Source of the DNA: Ruminococcus sp.
Lineage (GTDB): Bacteria > Bacillota > Clostridia > Oscillospirales > Ruminococcaceae
Length of the DNA stretch: 64,000 nt
Direction: 5' to 3'
NCBI GenBank assembly: GCA_030533265.1
Contig: JAUNJM010000003.1
Span: 11,692-75,691 of the forward strand
Shown piece after piece: positions 48,131 to 57,574 of this stretch. The notes below the pieces were generated by a model. The model worked only from the letters and a program-made list of their open reading frames with translations. It had not been told where the DNA came from and did no database searches. The first letter of the stretch is position 1, and every line of letters starts with the position of its first letter. A program made the position numbers and the translations under genes.

Positions 48131-49141
48131 ATGGTTTCGTTGAAAGACATTGCACAAAAGTGTGGAGTATCCGTGGCAACAGTCAGCAAAGCTCTGAACG
48201 ACCATAATGATGTAAGCGTTGCTACAAAAGAAAGACTTGTAAGAGTAGCGAAAGAAATGGGATATTTTCCGAACTCTCAGGCAAGAGCCTTGAAAACAAA
48301 CAGGACATATAATATCGGAGTAATGTTCAGCGAAGAAGAAGGCAAAGGTTTTTCACAGGAATTTTTCGCAAGGATACTCAGTTATTTCAAAAGCTATTGC
48401 GAAAGACAGGGATATGACATAACCTTTGTAAGCACAGGCTTCGGAAAGCATAAAATGTCAACTTATGAGCATTGTAAATATCGAAACGTTGACGGAATAA
48501 TGATTACAAGCGGAGATTTCACAACATCTGATGTATATGAAGTTATAAACGGTGATATTCCTGTTGTAACTATCGACTATATTTTTGATTCTACAACCGC
48601 AGTAATGTCGAGCAACGAAGCAGGAACTGAAAGTCTTGTAGATTATGTAGCGAAAAAAGGACATAAGAAAATAGCATATATACAGGGTGGAAGTACATCT
48701 GTAACTAAAAGACGACTCGCAGGATTCTTCAAAGGTTGCAAAAAGTATGGAATAGAAGTAAATCCTGAGTGGATATATAAGGCTGACTATCATGATGTTG
48801 CCCTTACTTATCAGGTAACCAAGGAAATAATGTCAAAGGACGAAAAACCAACCTGCATATTTATGCCTGACGACTATTCAGCAATCGGAGGAATCCACGC
48901 TCTCAACGATATGGGATTTTCCGTGCCGAATGATGTTTCAATAGTTGGCTTTGACGGAATATCATATTCACAGCTCATGAATCCAAAGCTCACAACTTAC
49001 GCACATGATACAAAAGCAATGGGAAAAAAAGCTGCAGAAAAATTGATTTCATTGATCGAGCAGCCTGAGCAGTCATTTGCGGAAGAAATAATCGTTGACG
49101 GCAAATTGCTTGAAGGTGAATCTGTCGCAGACCTGACATAA
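48131..49141 (+). CDS. LacI family transcriptional regulator
   Basis: LKDIAQKCGVSVATVSKALN HTH, VPNDVSIVGFD. Confidence 0.95.
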   Translation: MVSLKDIAQKCGVSVATVSKALNDHNDVSVATKERLVRVAKEMGYFPNSQARALKTNRTYNIGVMFSEEEGKGFSQEFFARILSYFKSYCERQGYDITFVSTGFGKHKMSTYEHCKYRNVDGIMITSGDFTTSDVYEVINGDIPVVTIDYIFDSTTAVMSSNEAGTESLVDYVAKKGHKKIAYIQGGSTSVTKRRLAGFFKGCKKYGIEVNPEWIYKADYHDVALTYQVTKEIMSKDEKPTCIFMPDDYSAIGGIHALNDMGFSVPNDVSIVGFDGISYSQLMNPKLTTYAHDTKAMGKKAAEKLISLIEQPEQSFAEEIIVDGKLLEGESVADLT

Positions 49142-49237
49142 ATACACCGGTAAAACGAAAACAACAAAAAGACCTCCTATGGTATAACATGAACCATAGG
49201 AGGTTATTATTATAGTAAAAAGTATGAAAAGCTCTCC

Positions 49238-50602
49238 TTAAACCTCATTGAAAGCTTGTTTTATAGTCCTTACACCTACGATTTTCATGGAGTAACGAGA
49301 AATATCTATTCCCTTTAGCGACTGTGCAGGAAGTATGCACTTTTCAAAACCCATACGCTCTGCCTCAGAAAGCCTCTGCTCTGCATGGGAAATGTTTCTC
49401 AGCTCTCCTCCAAGACCGATCTCACCAAAAGCAATAGTCTTGTCATTAACGAGCTTGTCGGTAAGACTTGAATAAAGTGCTAAAGCAATGGACAAGTCTG
49501 CTGCGGGTTCGTCAAGCTTAAATCCGCCGACTATATTTATGTATACATCAAGTCCGCCAAAATAAAATCCAAGACGCTTTTCAAGTACAGCTATAATTAT
49601 AGCCATTCGGTTATAATCAAAACCTGTACAGGTTCTTCTCGGTGCCGTGAAACCACTCTTTGATACAAGTGCCTGTACCTCTGCCATTATCGGACGACTA
49701 CCCTCCATAACACAAGCTACACAACATCCCGAAACATCCGTCGGACGTCCCGACAACAGCATCATGGACGGATTCTCAACCTGTACAAGCCCTTTATTCA
49801 CCATTTCAAAAACACCGATTTCGTTAGTTGAACCAAAACGGTTTTTTACCGCTCTCAGAATCCTGTAGGAAAGATCACGCTGTCCCTCAAAATAAAGAAC
49901 ACAATCAACAATATGCTCCATAACCTTTGGTCCTGCAATAGCTCCGTCCTTGTTAACGTGACCTACTATAAAAATCGGAACTTCTTCCGTTTTTGCAGTC
50001 CTCATGAACATATTAGTACACTCACGAACCTGTGAGAGCGAACCTTGTGCTGATGATATTCCACTGATACTCATAGTCTGTATCGAGTCTATGATAACTA
50101 TTTCCGGCTTTTCTTTTGTAATAACACTGCATATTGCCTCACAGTCGGTCTGTGCAAGCAGATAGAGATTCTCGTTTTTTACACCGAGTCGCTCAGCACG
50201 AAGCTTTATCTGCCTTACCGATTCCTCTCCCGAAACGTAGAGAATAGTATGATCTTCACCCATAAACTCGCATATCTGCAAAAGCAATGTTGACTTTCCG
50301 ATACCCGGCTCGCCTCCAAGGAGAACCAGTGAACCTTTTACCAATCCACCTCCGAGAACTCTGTCCAGCTCTTTAAGTCCCGTTGAGTATCTTACCTCGT
50401 CAAAGCTTGCATCAACATCACTTATATTCAGGATAGCGTCCGAAACATCTCTTATTGCAGTTGAACCCGATGACGTTTTGTGAGAAGTCGTCTGACATTC
50501 CTCAAAGCTGTTCCATTCACCACAGCCCGGGCATTTGCCGTTCCACTTTGACGTTTCATATCCACATTGATTGCAGACAAATACGCTTTTTACCTTAGCC
50601 AT
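49238..50602 (-). CDS. radA: DNA repair protein RadA/Sms
   Basis: Zn finger, GEPGIGKST, KNRFG. Confidence 0.97.
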   Translation of the reverse strand: MAKVKSVFVCNQCGYETSKWNGKCPGCGEWNSFEECQTTSHKTSSGSTAIRDVSDAILNISDVDASFDEVRYSTGLKELDRVLGGGLVKGSLVLLGGEPGIGKSTLLLQICEFMGEDHTILYVSGEESVRQIKLRAERLGVKNENLYLLAQTDCEAICSVITKEKPEIVIIDSIQTMSISGISSAQGSLSQVRECTNMFMRTAKTEEVPIFIVGHVNKDGAIAGPKVMEHIVDCVLYFEGQRDLSYRILRAVKNRFGSTNEIGVFEMVNKGLVQVENPSMMLLSGRPTDVSGCCVACVMEGSRPIMAEVQALVSKSGFTAPRRTCTGFDYNRMAIIIAVLEKRLGFYFGGLDVYINIVGGFKLDEPAADLSIALALYSSLTDKLVNDKTIAFGEIGLGGELRNISHAEQRLSEAERMGFEKCILPAQSLKGIDISRYSMKIVGVRTIKQAFNEV

Positions 50603-50617
50603 AAAAAACTCCGTTCA

Positions 50618-51112
50618 TCATTTCTTTTTAAAGACAATCAGCTTGCTTATAATATAATTCAGGATAAGTACAACCACATTTGCAATAATCTTTGTTGCCC
50701 AATAGTTGAAAGAAAGCAGTGAGTATCCTACCCACATCATGCCCATTTCAACAAAAAGTGTAAAAACCCTGCCCCCATAGAACGACAAAGCTTCAGCAAA
50801 AACAGCTCCTGCTTTTGTTACATTGGATTCGAAAACCCAGATACGGTTTGTTATATACGCAAAAGTCACTGCACATATCCATGAAATAACCGTACTCACC
50901 GTTGCAACAATTCCAGATGAGCTTGTTATCATTTCAAGAAAAATCTTTGAAAGCCCTGCTGTTATAAAGCTTACAACTGTTGTAAGCACTCCGAAAAATA
51001 GATATAAAAGCATTTCCTTGTTTTTTGCATAAAACGGCTGAAACCCCTTGAGAAATCTCCATGACATTATTTTATCAAAAATATCAGGCTTTTTTTGTGT
51101 ATTGTTTTCCAT
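50618..51112 (-). CDS. GtrA family protein
   Basis: YLFFGVLTT, FAYITNRIWVF, NYIISKLIVF. Confidence 0.88.
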   Translation of the reverse strand: MENNTQKKPDIFDKIMSWRFLKGFQPFYAKNKEMLLYLFFGVLTTVVSFITAGLSKIFLEMITSSSGIVATVSTVISWICAVTFAYITNRIWVFESNVTKAGAVFAEALSFYGGRVFTLFVEMGMMWVGYSLLSFNYWATKIIANVVVLILNYIISKLIVFKKK

Positions 51113-51331
51113 CAGAATTGTCCTTTCTCATAAGAACTGATTATATTATACATTATAATATGAAATAATTCAAGCCTTAACCAATCATAATTATCCCATT
51201 TTGAAAGAGTTGATAAACCGCAAATCAGCAAAATTCAACCCGATGCAAAGGACTTGAATTTTAAACGCATATGTGGTATATTCTTGTTAAGGTTTTATAA
51301 ATGTTATTTACCATTGGAGGCTGAAAATTAA

Positions 51332-52591
51332 ATGGTGTTTTTTATAATAGTGTGTCTTCTGATCTCGTCTGTATGTTCTGCGACCGAAACTGCCTTTTCG
51401 TCTGTCAACAGAATAAGACTCAGAAACTTTGCCGAGAGTGGAAACAAAAGTGCTGAAAAAGCACTTAAAATTATCGACAACTTTGACAAGGCTCTTACAA
51501 CCATACTTGTAGGTAACAATGTTGTGAACATTGCGTCATCATCAATGGCTACGGTGCTTTTCACTGAACAATTCGGTGGCGGAAGTGTCGGCATTGCAAC
51601 ACTCGTTATGACCATTCTTGTACTGATTTTCGGTGAGATAATACCTAAATCACTTGCAAAACAAAACTCAGAAAGCTTTTCTGTTTTTATGGCTGTGCCA
51701 CTTTCGTTTGCAATGTTTGTTCTGACTCCGATAACTACAGTTTTTATGAGCATAAACTCGCTTGCAACAAAGCTTTTCGTCAAAAAGAATAACCAGCCGA
51801 CTGTTACCGAAGAAGAGCTGAAATATATTATCGACGAAATCGAAGATGAAGGTGTGCTTGAAGAACAGGAATCCGACCTTGTGCGTTCAGCTCTGGAGTT
51901 TGACGAGATAACCATCAGCGAAATACTCGTTCCACGTGTCAACATAACGGCAATCGAGCTTAACACTCCCATCGACAGGATAAGAACGCTGTTTCTCGAA
52001 TCAGGCTTCTCAAGACTGCCTGTTTTTGAAAACAGTATCGACTCTATCATAGGAATTCTTCACAAATCCGATTTCTATGAGCTTTATCTCAACAAAGAAA
52101 ACGATATAACTTCACGTCTGAAAAAACCCGTATTTATATCCGAAAACAAGCGTATTTCCGAAGCTTTGCGTGAAATAAAGGAATCAAAGGTCCATATGGC
52201 AGTCGTAGTTGACCAGTACGGTGGCACTGAGGGTATATGTACGCTGGAGGACATTATCGAGGAGCTTGTCGGAGAAATATATGACGAAACTGACAGGGAA
52301 GATACTTCTTTCGTGCGCATAAGCAATGATCGTTTTGAGATCTCTCCCGATCTTTCGGTCAGCGATTTTCTTGACCGTCTTGATCTCCCTGAGGATACAA
52401 TAATCACAGAAAGAAACTCAATGGGAGGCTTTGTCATGGATATTTTAGACCGTATCCCTGAACCTAACGAGTTCTTGTCATACGGTATTTTCAACATGAC
52501 CGTCATCATGGAGGACGAGCAGAAAATCTGTAAAATTAAAATAAGAATTAAAGATAATATCCGCAATACCGAAACAAACGAAAGGATCTGA
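51332..52591 (+). CDS. Hemolysin-family CNNM/CBS/CorC transporter
   Basis: SATETAF, LVGNNVVN, FGEIIPK, SRLPV, EDIIEELVGEI. Confidence 0.9.
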   Translation: MVFFIIVCLLISSVCSATETAFSSVNRIRLRNFAESGNKSAEKALKIIDNFDKALTTILVGNNVVNIASSSMATVLFTEQFGGGSVGIATLVMTILVLIFGEIIPKSLAKQNSESFSVFMAVPLSFAMFVLTPITTVFMSINSLATKLFVKKNNQPTVTEEELKYIIDEIEDEGVLEEQESDLVRSALEFDEITISEILVPRVNITAIELNTPIDRIRTLFLESGFSRLPVFENSIDSIIGILHKSDFYELYLNKENDITSRLKKPVFISENKRISEALREIKESKVHMAVVVDQYGGTEGICTLEDIIEELVGEIYDETDREDTSFVRISNDRFEISPDLSVSDFLDRLDLPEDTIITERNSMGGFVMDILDRIPEPNEFLSYGIFNMTVIMEDEQKICKIKIRIKDNIRNTETNERI

Positions 52592-52595
52592 CTCT

Positions 52596-53087
52596 ATGCC
52601 AAAACAGATAAAAAAGGACATCATTCACCCAAAAGAAAAAATGAACAGGATCTTCGCAATCCTGTCCATGTGCACTGCCATAATAATGTGTGCTTTTCTG
52701 ATATTCGTAATGCCAAGAATGATCAAAACTGAAAGCATCAGTCTGACTTTCCTTTTCACGATTGCTTTCGCATTGTTTTTTTTGTCATGCTTTATCCACT
52801 GTTTCTCCTCTATCGGCTCTTTTAAGGCAACAAGCAGATTTTCTTTAATTTTTCAAGGCTTTGTTTCGCTTGTAAGTACAATTTTCTGCATATTCAATAC
52901 AAGGTTTATTCTCGTCATGCTTTTTTCTGCATTGAAAAAAACCGACATAGTCAAAGTACTGCTCGGCACAAAATCTATGGTAAGATTTCTTGAATCGCAA
53001 TACACCAACTGGATATGCTTTATATTCGCACTTATCGCTATGATTATAGTTGGTGTGCTGGGAATCATAAGACTTGCACGCAAATAA
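52596..53087 (+). CDS. Hypothetical membrane protein
   Basis: About four hydrophobic segments; follows the CNNM gene by 4 bp. Confidence 0.65.
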   Translation: MPKQIKKDIIHPKEKMNRIFAILSMCTAIIMCAFLIFVMPRMIKTESISLTFLFTIAFALFFLSCFIHCFSSIGSFKATSRFSLIFQGFVSLVSTIFCIFNTRFILVMLFSALKKTDIVKVLLGTKSMVRFLESQYTNWICFIFALIAMIIVGVLGIIRLARK

Positions 53088-53089
53088 TA

Positions 53090-54067
53090 CTACTCCAGTC
53101 TGATACTTACCTCTCCTGATGACAACACATTTTGAGTACCGTCATCAAAGCGCACAATAAGCCTTGCCTTTTCGTCAATGTCAATAGCTGTGCAGGGAGT
53201 TCTTCTCTCACCCGATACAGCAAAAATCCGTTTGCCGATAAGCATTGAACGCTTGCGATACTCATCAAGTATCTCATCACTCATATAATTTTCCGGAAGT
53301 TTATTCAATTCACGCAGAATCTCAGCGGCAAGTCTGTTACGAATGTTTTTGTGATCATTGTCCGAAAACACTGACGCCGCCGTTTTCTTTATATCATCAG
53401 GAAAGTCATTTTCAGGTGGCAGAATGTTTACCCCAATTCCCAGAACTGCATATTCCAATCCACCACTCTCAAAATCCACTGACGCTTCGGTAAGTATACC
53501 GCATATCTTTTTGCCGTCAATAAAAATATCGTTAACCCATTTTATCTCTGCCCTGACCTGACCATCACTGACCGTTTCAACTGCTCTTGCTACCGCAACA
53601 GCTGCCGAGGTTGTAATATAAAGTGCATTTTCTATCGTCATTTCAGGGCGCAGTATAACAGATAGATATATCCCTGTTTTGTCAGGAGAAAAAAAGCTTC
53701 TTCCAAGTCTGCCCTTGCCGGCAGTCTGTTGCTGTGCAACGAGTACATACCCATGTGATGCCCCGTCCTTTGCCAGCCCTTTCAGTACGGTATTTGTAGA
53801 GGTAACTGTACGCTCTACATGAATATCAAACGGACTGTCTCCCAATACAGCTTTTATACCCTCAACCGAAAGACTGTTATCATCAGCATTGAGCGTATAT
53901 CCCTTGTTCGTGACTGCTGATATTTCAATACCGTCCTGACGCAGATCCTCTATAGCCTTCCACACAGCCGTTCTTGACACACCAAGAACCTTTGCAAGCG
54001 TTGCTCCGGAAAAACATTTTCCTCTGTTTTTTTCAAGTTCTTTTAAGACTTTATCTTTTAGTTTCAT
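53090..54067 (-). CDS. birA: Bifunctional biotin ligase/repressor
   Basis: HTH SRTAVWK, QTAGKGRLGR, KWVND, KICGIL, SGEVS. Confidence 0.95.
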   Translation of the reverse strand: MKLKDKVLKELEKNRGKCFSGATLAKVLGVSRTAVWKAIEDLRQDGIEISAVTNKGYTLNADDNSLSVEGIKAVLGDSPFDIHVERTVTSTNTVLKGLAKDGASHGYVLVAQQQTAGKGRLGRSFFSPDKTGIYLSVILRPEMTIENALYITTSAAVAVARAVETVSDGQVRAEIKWVNDIFIDGKKICGILTEASVDFESGGLEYAVLGIGVNILPPENDFPDDIKKTAASVFSDNDHKNIRNRLAAEILRELNKLPENYMSDEILDEYRKRSMLIGKRIFAVSGERRTPCTAIDIDEKARLIVRFDDGTQNVLSSGEVSIRLE

Positions 54068-54203
54068 AAAAATCACCTTTATAATAGTATAGCAAAATGA
54101 CAGATAAAAAGCAATAAAATCAGTCAAAACATCTAAGATATACGATAAAAAAACGTTGTTTTTGCCCCGGGAACAAAAATTTACAAAAAATTAATATAAT
54201 TAC

Positions 54204-54232
54204 TTGACAAGGTGATTTGTGTGTGGTATAAT
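54204..54232 (+). promoter_or_regulatory. Sigma-A promoter of rpmG-secE-nusG
   Basis: TTGACA-17-TATAAT with extended TG. Confidence 0.85.
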
Positions 54233-54415
54233 GATTTTACCTCTTTATGAGGTCTATTTTTTTGCGTATTTTTGCGTAAAAAAACATAAGTTACCTCATG
54301 GTATTGCTTTTAAAGCAGTACTTGCGTGAAAACGTGTGAGGGAGGCAGGCGTACTCTGTTGAGATGAAAATCTCGTGTTCTTGCAGAGTGCAAATTTCGT
54401 CAGGAGGTGCCGAAA

Positions 54416-54565
54416 ATGAGAGTAAAAATTACACTTGCATGTACAGAGTGTAAGCAGAGAAACTACAACACAAAAAAGAACAAGAAGAATGATCCTGACA
54501 GACTTGAAATGAATAAATATTGCAAGTTCTGTAAGAAGCACACTCTTCACAAAGAGACTAAGTAA
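54416..54565 (+). CDS. rpmG: 50S ribosomal protein L33 (Zn-binding form; below ORF track cutoff)
   Basis: [49 protein letters not shown]. Confidence 0.97.
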   Translation: MRVKITLACTECKQRNYNTKKNKKNDPDRLEMNKYCKFCKKHTLHKETK

Positions 54566-54582
54566 GTCGGGAGGAGAAAATT

Positions 54583-54837
54583 ATGGCTAAAAAGGCAGAA
54601 TTGGATTCCAAGGCTACAAAGTCTAAAGCTTCCGCTAAGAAAAAGGGCGGAATCAAAAAGTATCTCAAAGATTTGAAATCTGAGATCAAAAAGGTCGTTT
54701 GGCCTTCTAAGAAACAGGTTATCAACAATACCGGAGTTGTGTTGACTGTAATGGTGATAGTCGGATTGTTTCTCGGAGGTGTCGACGCAGGACTCGGTGC
54801 TATCATTAAAGCTGTATTGAACGGCTTTGCTAAGTAA
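54583..54837 (+). CDS. secE: Preprotein translocase SecE
   Basis: EIKKVVWP plus TM helix. Confidence 0.95.
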   Translation: MAKKAELDSKATKSKASAKKKGGIKKYLKDLKSEIKKVVWPSKKQVINNTGVVLTVMVIVGLFLGGVDAGLGAIIKAVLNGFAK

Positions 54838-54887
54838 GCTCGGGTCAAAGGGTTTTTGCGACATCAATATTATGGAGGTTTTACATT

Positions 54888-55418
54888 ATGTCTGAACAAG
54901 CAAAATGGTATGTTATACACACCTATTCCGGCTATGAGAATAAGGTAGCTCAGAATATTGAAAAGGTTGTAGAAAACCGTAAGCTTCAGGACCTTATCCC
55001 TGAAGTAAGGATCCCAACTGAGATCGTTACAGAGGTTAAGGATAACAAGACAACTGAAGCAGAAAGAAAGCTTTTTCCAAGTTATGTACTGGTAAAGATG
55101 GTCATGAACGATGATTCCTGGCATATCGTAAGAAACACACGAGGTGTTACGGGCTTTGTCGGACCAGGATCAAAACCTGTTCCTTTGACAGAGAAGGAAG
55201 TAGCTGCACTCGGCGTTGAAGCTACAAGAAAAACAACTCTTGAGGTTACTTTCAAAGTTGGCGACAACGTTATTGTTACAGCAGGTTCTTTCGAAGGCTT
55301 TACAGGCGTTGTACAGGCTGTTGATATTGAGGCTCAGACAGCAGATGTTGTCGTTTCAATGTTTGGCCGTGAAACATCAGTAAGCTTGCCAATAAATCAG
55401 ATCAAAGCTGAGGATTAA
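54888..55418 (+). CDS. nusG: Transcription factor NusG
   Basis: WYVIHTYSGYE, RNTRGVTGFVG, KOW, MFGRET. Confidence 0.97.
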   Translation: MSEQAKWYVIHTYSGYENKVAQNIEKVVENRKLQDLIPEVRIPTEIVTEVKDNKTTEAERKLFPSYVLVKMVMNDDSWHIVRNTRGVTGFVGPGSKPVPLTEKEVAALGVEATRKTTLEVTFKVGDNVIVTAGSFEGFTGVVQAVDIEAQTADVVVSMFGRETSVSLPINQIKAED

Positions 55419-55534
55419 GCAAATTAACGCTTGGCGTTAAAAATTCATACGTTTTAAACGAAGCGAAAGTTGATATACAAGACAGTACGCTGGAATTAAT
55501 GCGAACTGATCTGGTTGTCATCGGCTTCAAAAGA

Positions 55535-55566
55535 GTGGGAGGGTTCAAAAGAATCCGCCTTACCAC
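55535..55566 (+). promoter_or_regulatory. Ribosomal protein L1-binding RNA site before rplK
   Basis: GTGGGAG...hairpin...ACCAC next to the SD. Confidence 0.7.
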
Positions 55567-55586
55567 AAATTATGGAGGTGCGAAAG

Positions 55587-56012
55587 ATGGCACAAAAGGT
55601 AGTAGGCTTTATTAAGCTGCAGATCCCAGCAGGAAAGGCAACTCCTGCACCACCGGTTGGTCCTGCACTTGGACAGCACGGTGTAAACATCATGGCATTT
55701 ACTAAGGATTTCAATGAGAGAACTAAGAACGATATCGGTCTTATCATTCCTGTTGTAATCACAGTTTATGCTGACCGTTCATTTACATTTGTAACAAAGA
55801 CTCCACCAGCAGCAGTTCTTATCAAGAAAGCTTGCAAAATCGAGTCTGGTTCAGGCACACCTAACAAGACAAAGGTTGCTACAATCACTAAAGAGCAGGT
55901 TCAGAAGATCGCTGAACAGAAAATGCCTGACCTTAACGCTGCAAACCTTGAGTCTGCAATGAGCATGATCGCTGGTACATGCCGTTCAATGGGTGTTGTT
56001 GTTGAAGACTAA
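55587..56012 (+). CDS. rplK: 50S ribosomal protein L11
   Basis: [21 protein letters not shown]. Confidence 0.98.
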   Translation: MAQKVVGFIKLQIPAGKATPAPPVGPALGQHGVNIMAFTKDFNERTKNDIGLIIPVVITVYADRSFTFVTKTPPAAVLIKKACKIESGSGTPNKTKVATITKEQVQKIAEQKMPDLNAANLESAMSMIAGTCRSMGVVVED

Positions 56013-56037
56013 TTCGTAAGTCGCATTTTGCGAAAAG

Positions 56038-56087
56038 GTGGGAGATAGTAATCAGCTTTTGCTGATAACTACTTTCGTTATTACCAC
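56038..56087 (+). promoter_or_regulatory. Ribosomal protein L1-binding RNA site before rplA
   Basis: GTGGGAG...long hairpin...ACCAC next to the SD. Confidence 0.75.
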
Positions 56088-56107
56088 TAATAAGGAGGAA
56101 AATATAA

Positions 56108-56803
56108 ATGAAACATGGCAAGAAGTATGTTGACAGTGCTAAAGTTGTCGACAAGGCTAAGCTTTATGACGCTTCAGAGGCTCTTGACCTTGCTGCTAAG
56201 AATGCAAAGGCTAAGTTCGATGAAACTATTGAAGCACATATCCGTCTTGGTGTAGACTCACGTCACGCTGACCAGCAGGTTAGAGGTGCTGTTGTTCTTC
56301 CAAACGGTACAGGTAAGAATGTAAGAGTTTGTGTATTCTGTAAAGAAGATAAATATGACGCTGCTAAGGAAGCCGGAGCTGAATATGTTGGCGGTATGGA
56401 TCTCGTTGACAAGATCACAAAGGAAAACTGGATGGACTTCGACGTTGTTGTTGCTTCACCTGATATGATGGGTGTTGTTGGACGTCTTGGTAAGGTTCTC
56501 GGTCCTCGTGGACTTATGCCAAACCCAAAGGCAGGTACTGTTACTCCTGACGTAGCTAAGGCTGTTTCAGACGCTAAGGCTGGTAAAATCGAGTATCGTC
56601 TTGATAAGACAAATATCATTCACTGCCCAATCGGTAAGGCTTCATTCGGTGCTGAAAAGCTCGAAGAAAACTTCAATACTTTGATCGATGCTATCGTTAA
56701 GGCTAAGCCTGCAGCTGCTAAGGGTCAGTATTTGAAGAGCGTTGTACTTGCATCTACTATGGGTGTTGGTATCAAGGTTAATACTGCTAAATACGGCAAC
56801 TAA
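56108..56803 (+). CDS. rplA: 50S ribosomal protein L1
   Basis: [20 protein letters not shown]. Confidence 0.98.
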   Translation: MKHGKKYVDSAKVVDKAKLYDASEALDLAAKNAKAKFDETIEAHIRLGVDSRHADQQVRGAVVLPNGTGKNVRVCVFCKEDKYDAAKEAGAEYVGGMDLVDKITKENWMDFDVVVASPDMMGVVGRLGKVLGPRGLMPNPKAGTVTPDVAKAVSDAKAGKIEYRLDKTNIIHCPIGKASFGAEKLEENFNTLIDAIVKAKPAAAKGQYLKSVVLASTMGVGIKVNTAKYGN

Positions 56804-56863
56804 TCTTTACAAAAAAGGATAACGGATTGATTTTAAAAAAATCAATCCGTTTTTTGTTGTCTT

Positions 56864-57559
56864 TTATTCAAAATCATAGATAAATCCAAGCTGTCGCATT
56901 GAGGATACTCCGTCATTACCTGATATGAAATGATCCAGAAGATGTATATCCATACTGCGAAGATGAGTGATTATCTTTTTGGTAAGTAATATGTCCTCGT
57001 CAGATGGTGCACTCGTTGCATCAGGATGATTGTGTGCAATGAAAAAGTAGTTTACGCCACTGTTAAGCACTGCTTTTGTTATGTTGCGAAGATTCACCTG
57101 TACCGACTGCGAATTTCCTGTTTGTATATCAGTATAGTTTTTAAGCCTGTAGTTGTTATCAGCGAAAAACAGCTTTATCTGTTCATACTGCTGACCATAA
57201 TACAAATCTCCTATAAAAGCTTTCAGCTTTGCAATATCTCTTATATCTATGTCATCATCAGTTCTATCTGTATGCAGATAAACGTTAAGGGCATTGAAAA
57301 CTTTCAGGGATAGCGCAGGATTTTCTCCAACGATCTTACTGTGTACAAGGTCTTCATACGATGCACTCAGCACCCCTGAAAGCGAACCAAAACGATTTAT
57401 AAGCTCATGTGCTATGTGATTCGTATTACAACGTGAATAACAGTGAAACAAAATCATTTCAAGAATCTCATGCTCCTCAAAGCTGTTGAAATTCATCTCT
57501 TTTGCAAATTTCGTTTTCATTCTTGCTCTGTGACCGTCATGCAGATTCTTTTCTGCCAT
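56864..57559 (-). CDS. radC: RadC family JAB-domain protein
   Basis: HDGHRARM, HEILE, AHNHP....PS..D, LLDH. Confidence 0.88.
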   Translation of the reverse strand: MAEKNLHDGHRARMKTKFAKEMNFNSFEEHEILEMILFHCYSRCNTNHIAHELINRFGSLSGVLSASYEDLVHSKIVGENPALSLKVFNALNVYLHTDRTDDDIDIRDIAKLKAFIGDLYYGQQYEQIKLFFADNNYRLKNYTDIQTGNSQSVQVNLRNITKAVLNSGVNYFFIAHNHPDATSAPSDEDILLTKKIITHLRSMDIHLLDHFISGNDGVSSMRQLGFIYDFE

Positions 57560-57574
57560 CAGACTGCACTCCTT

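Noticed and set aside
56864-57559. radC as a marker of a mobile element
   Set aside because: Full-length chromosomal type, directly after tex, with no mobile genes nearby
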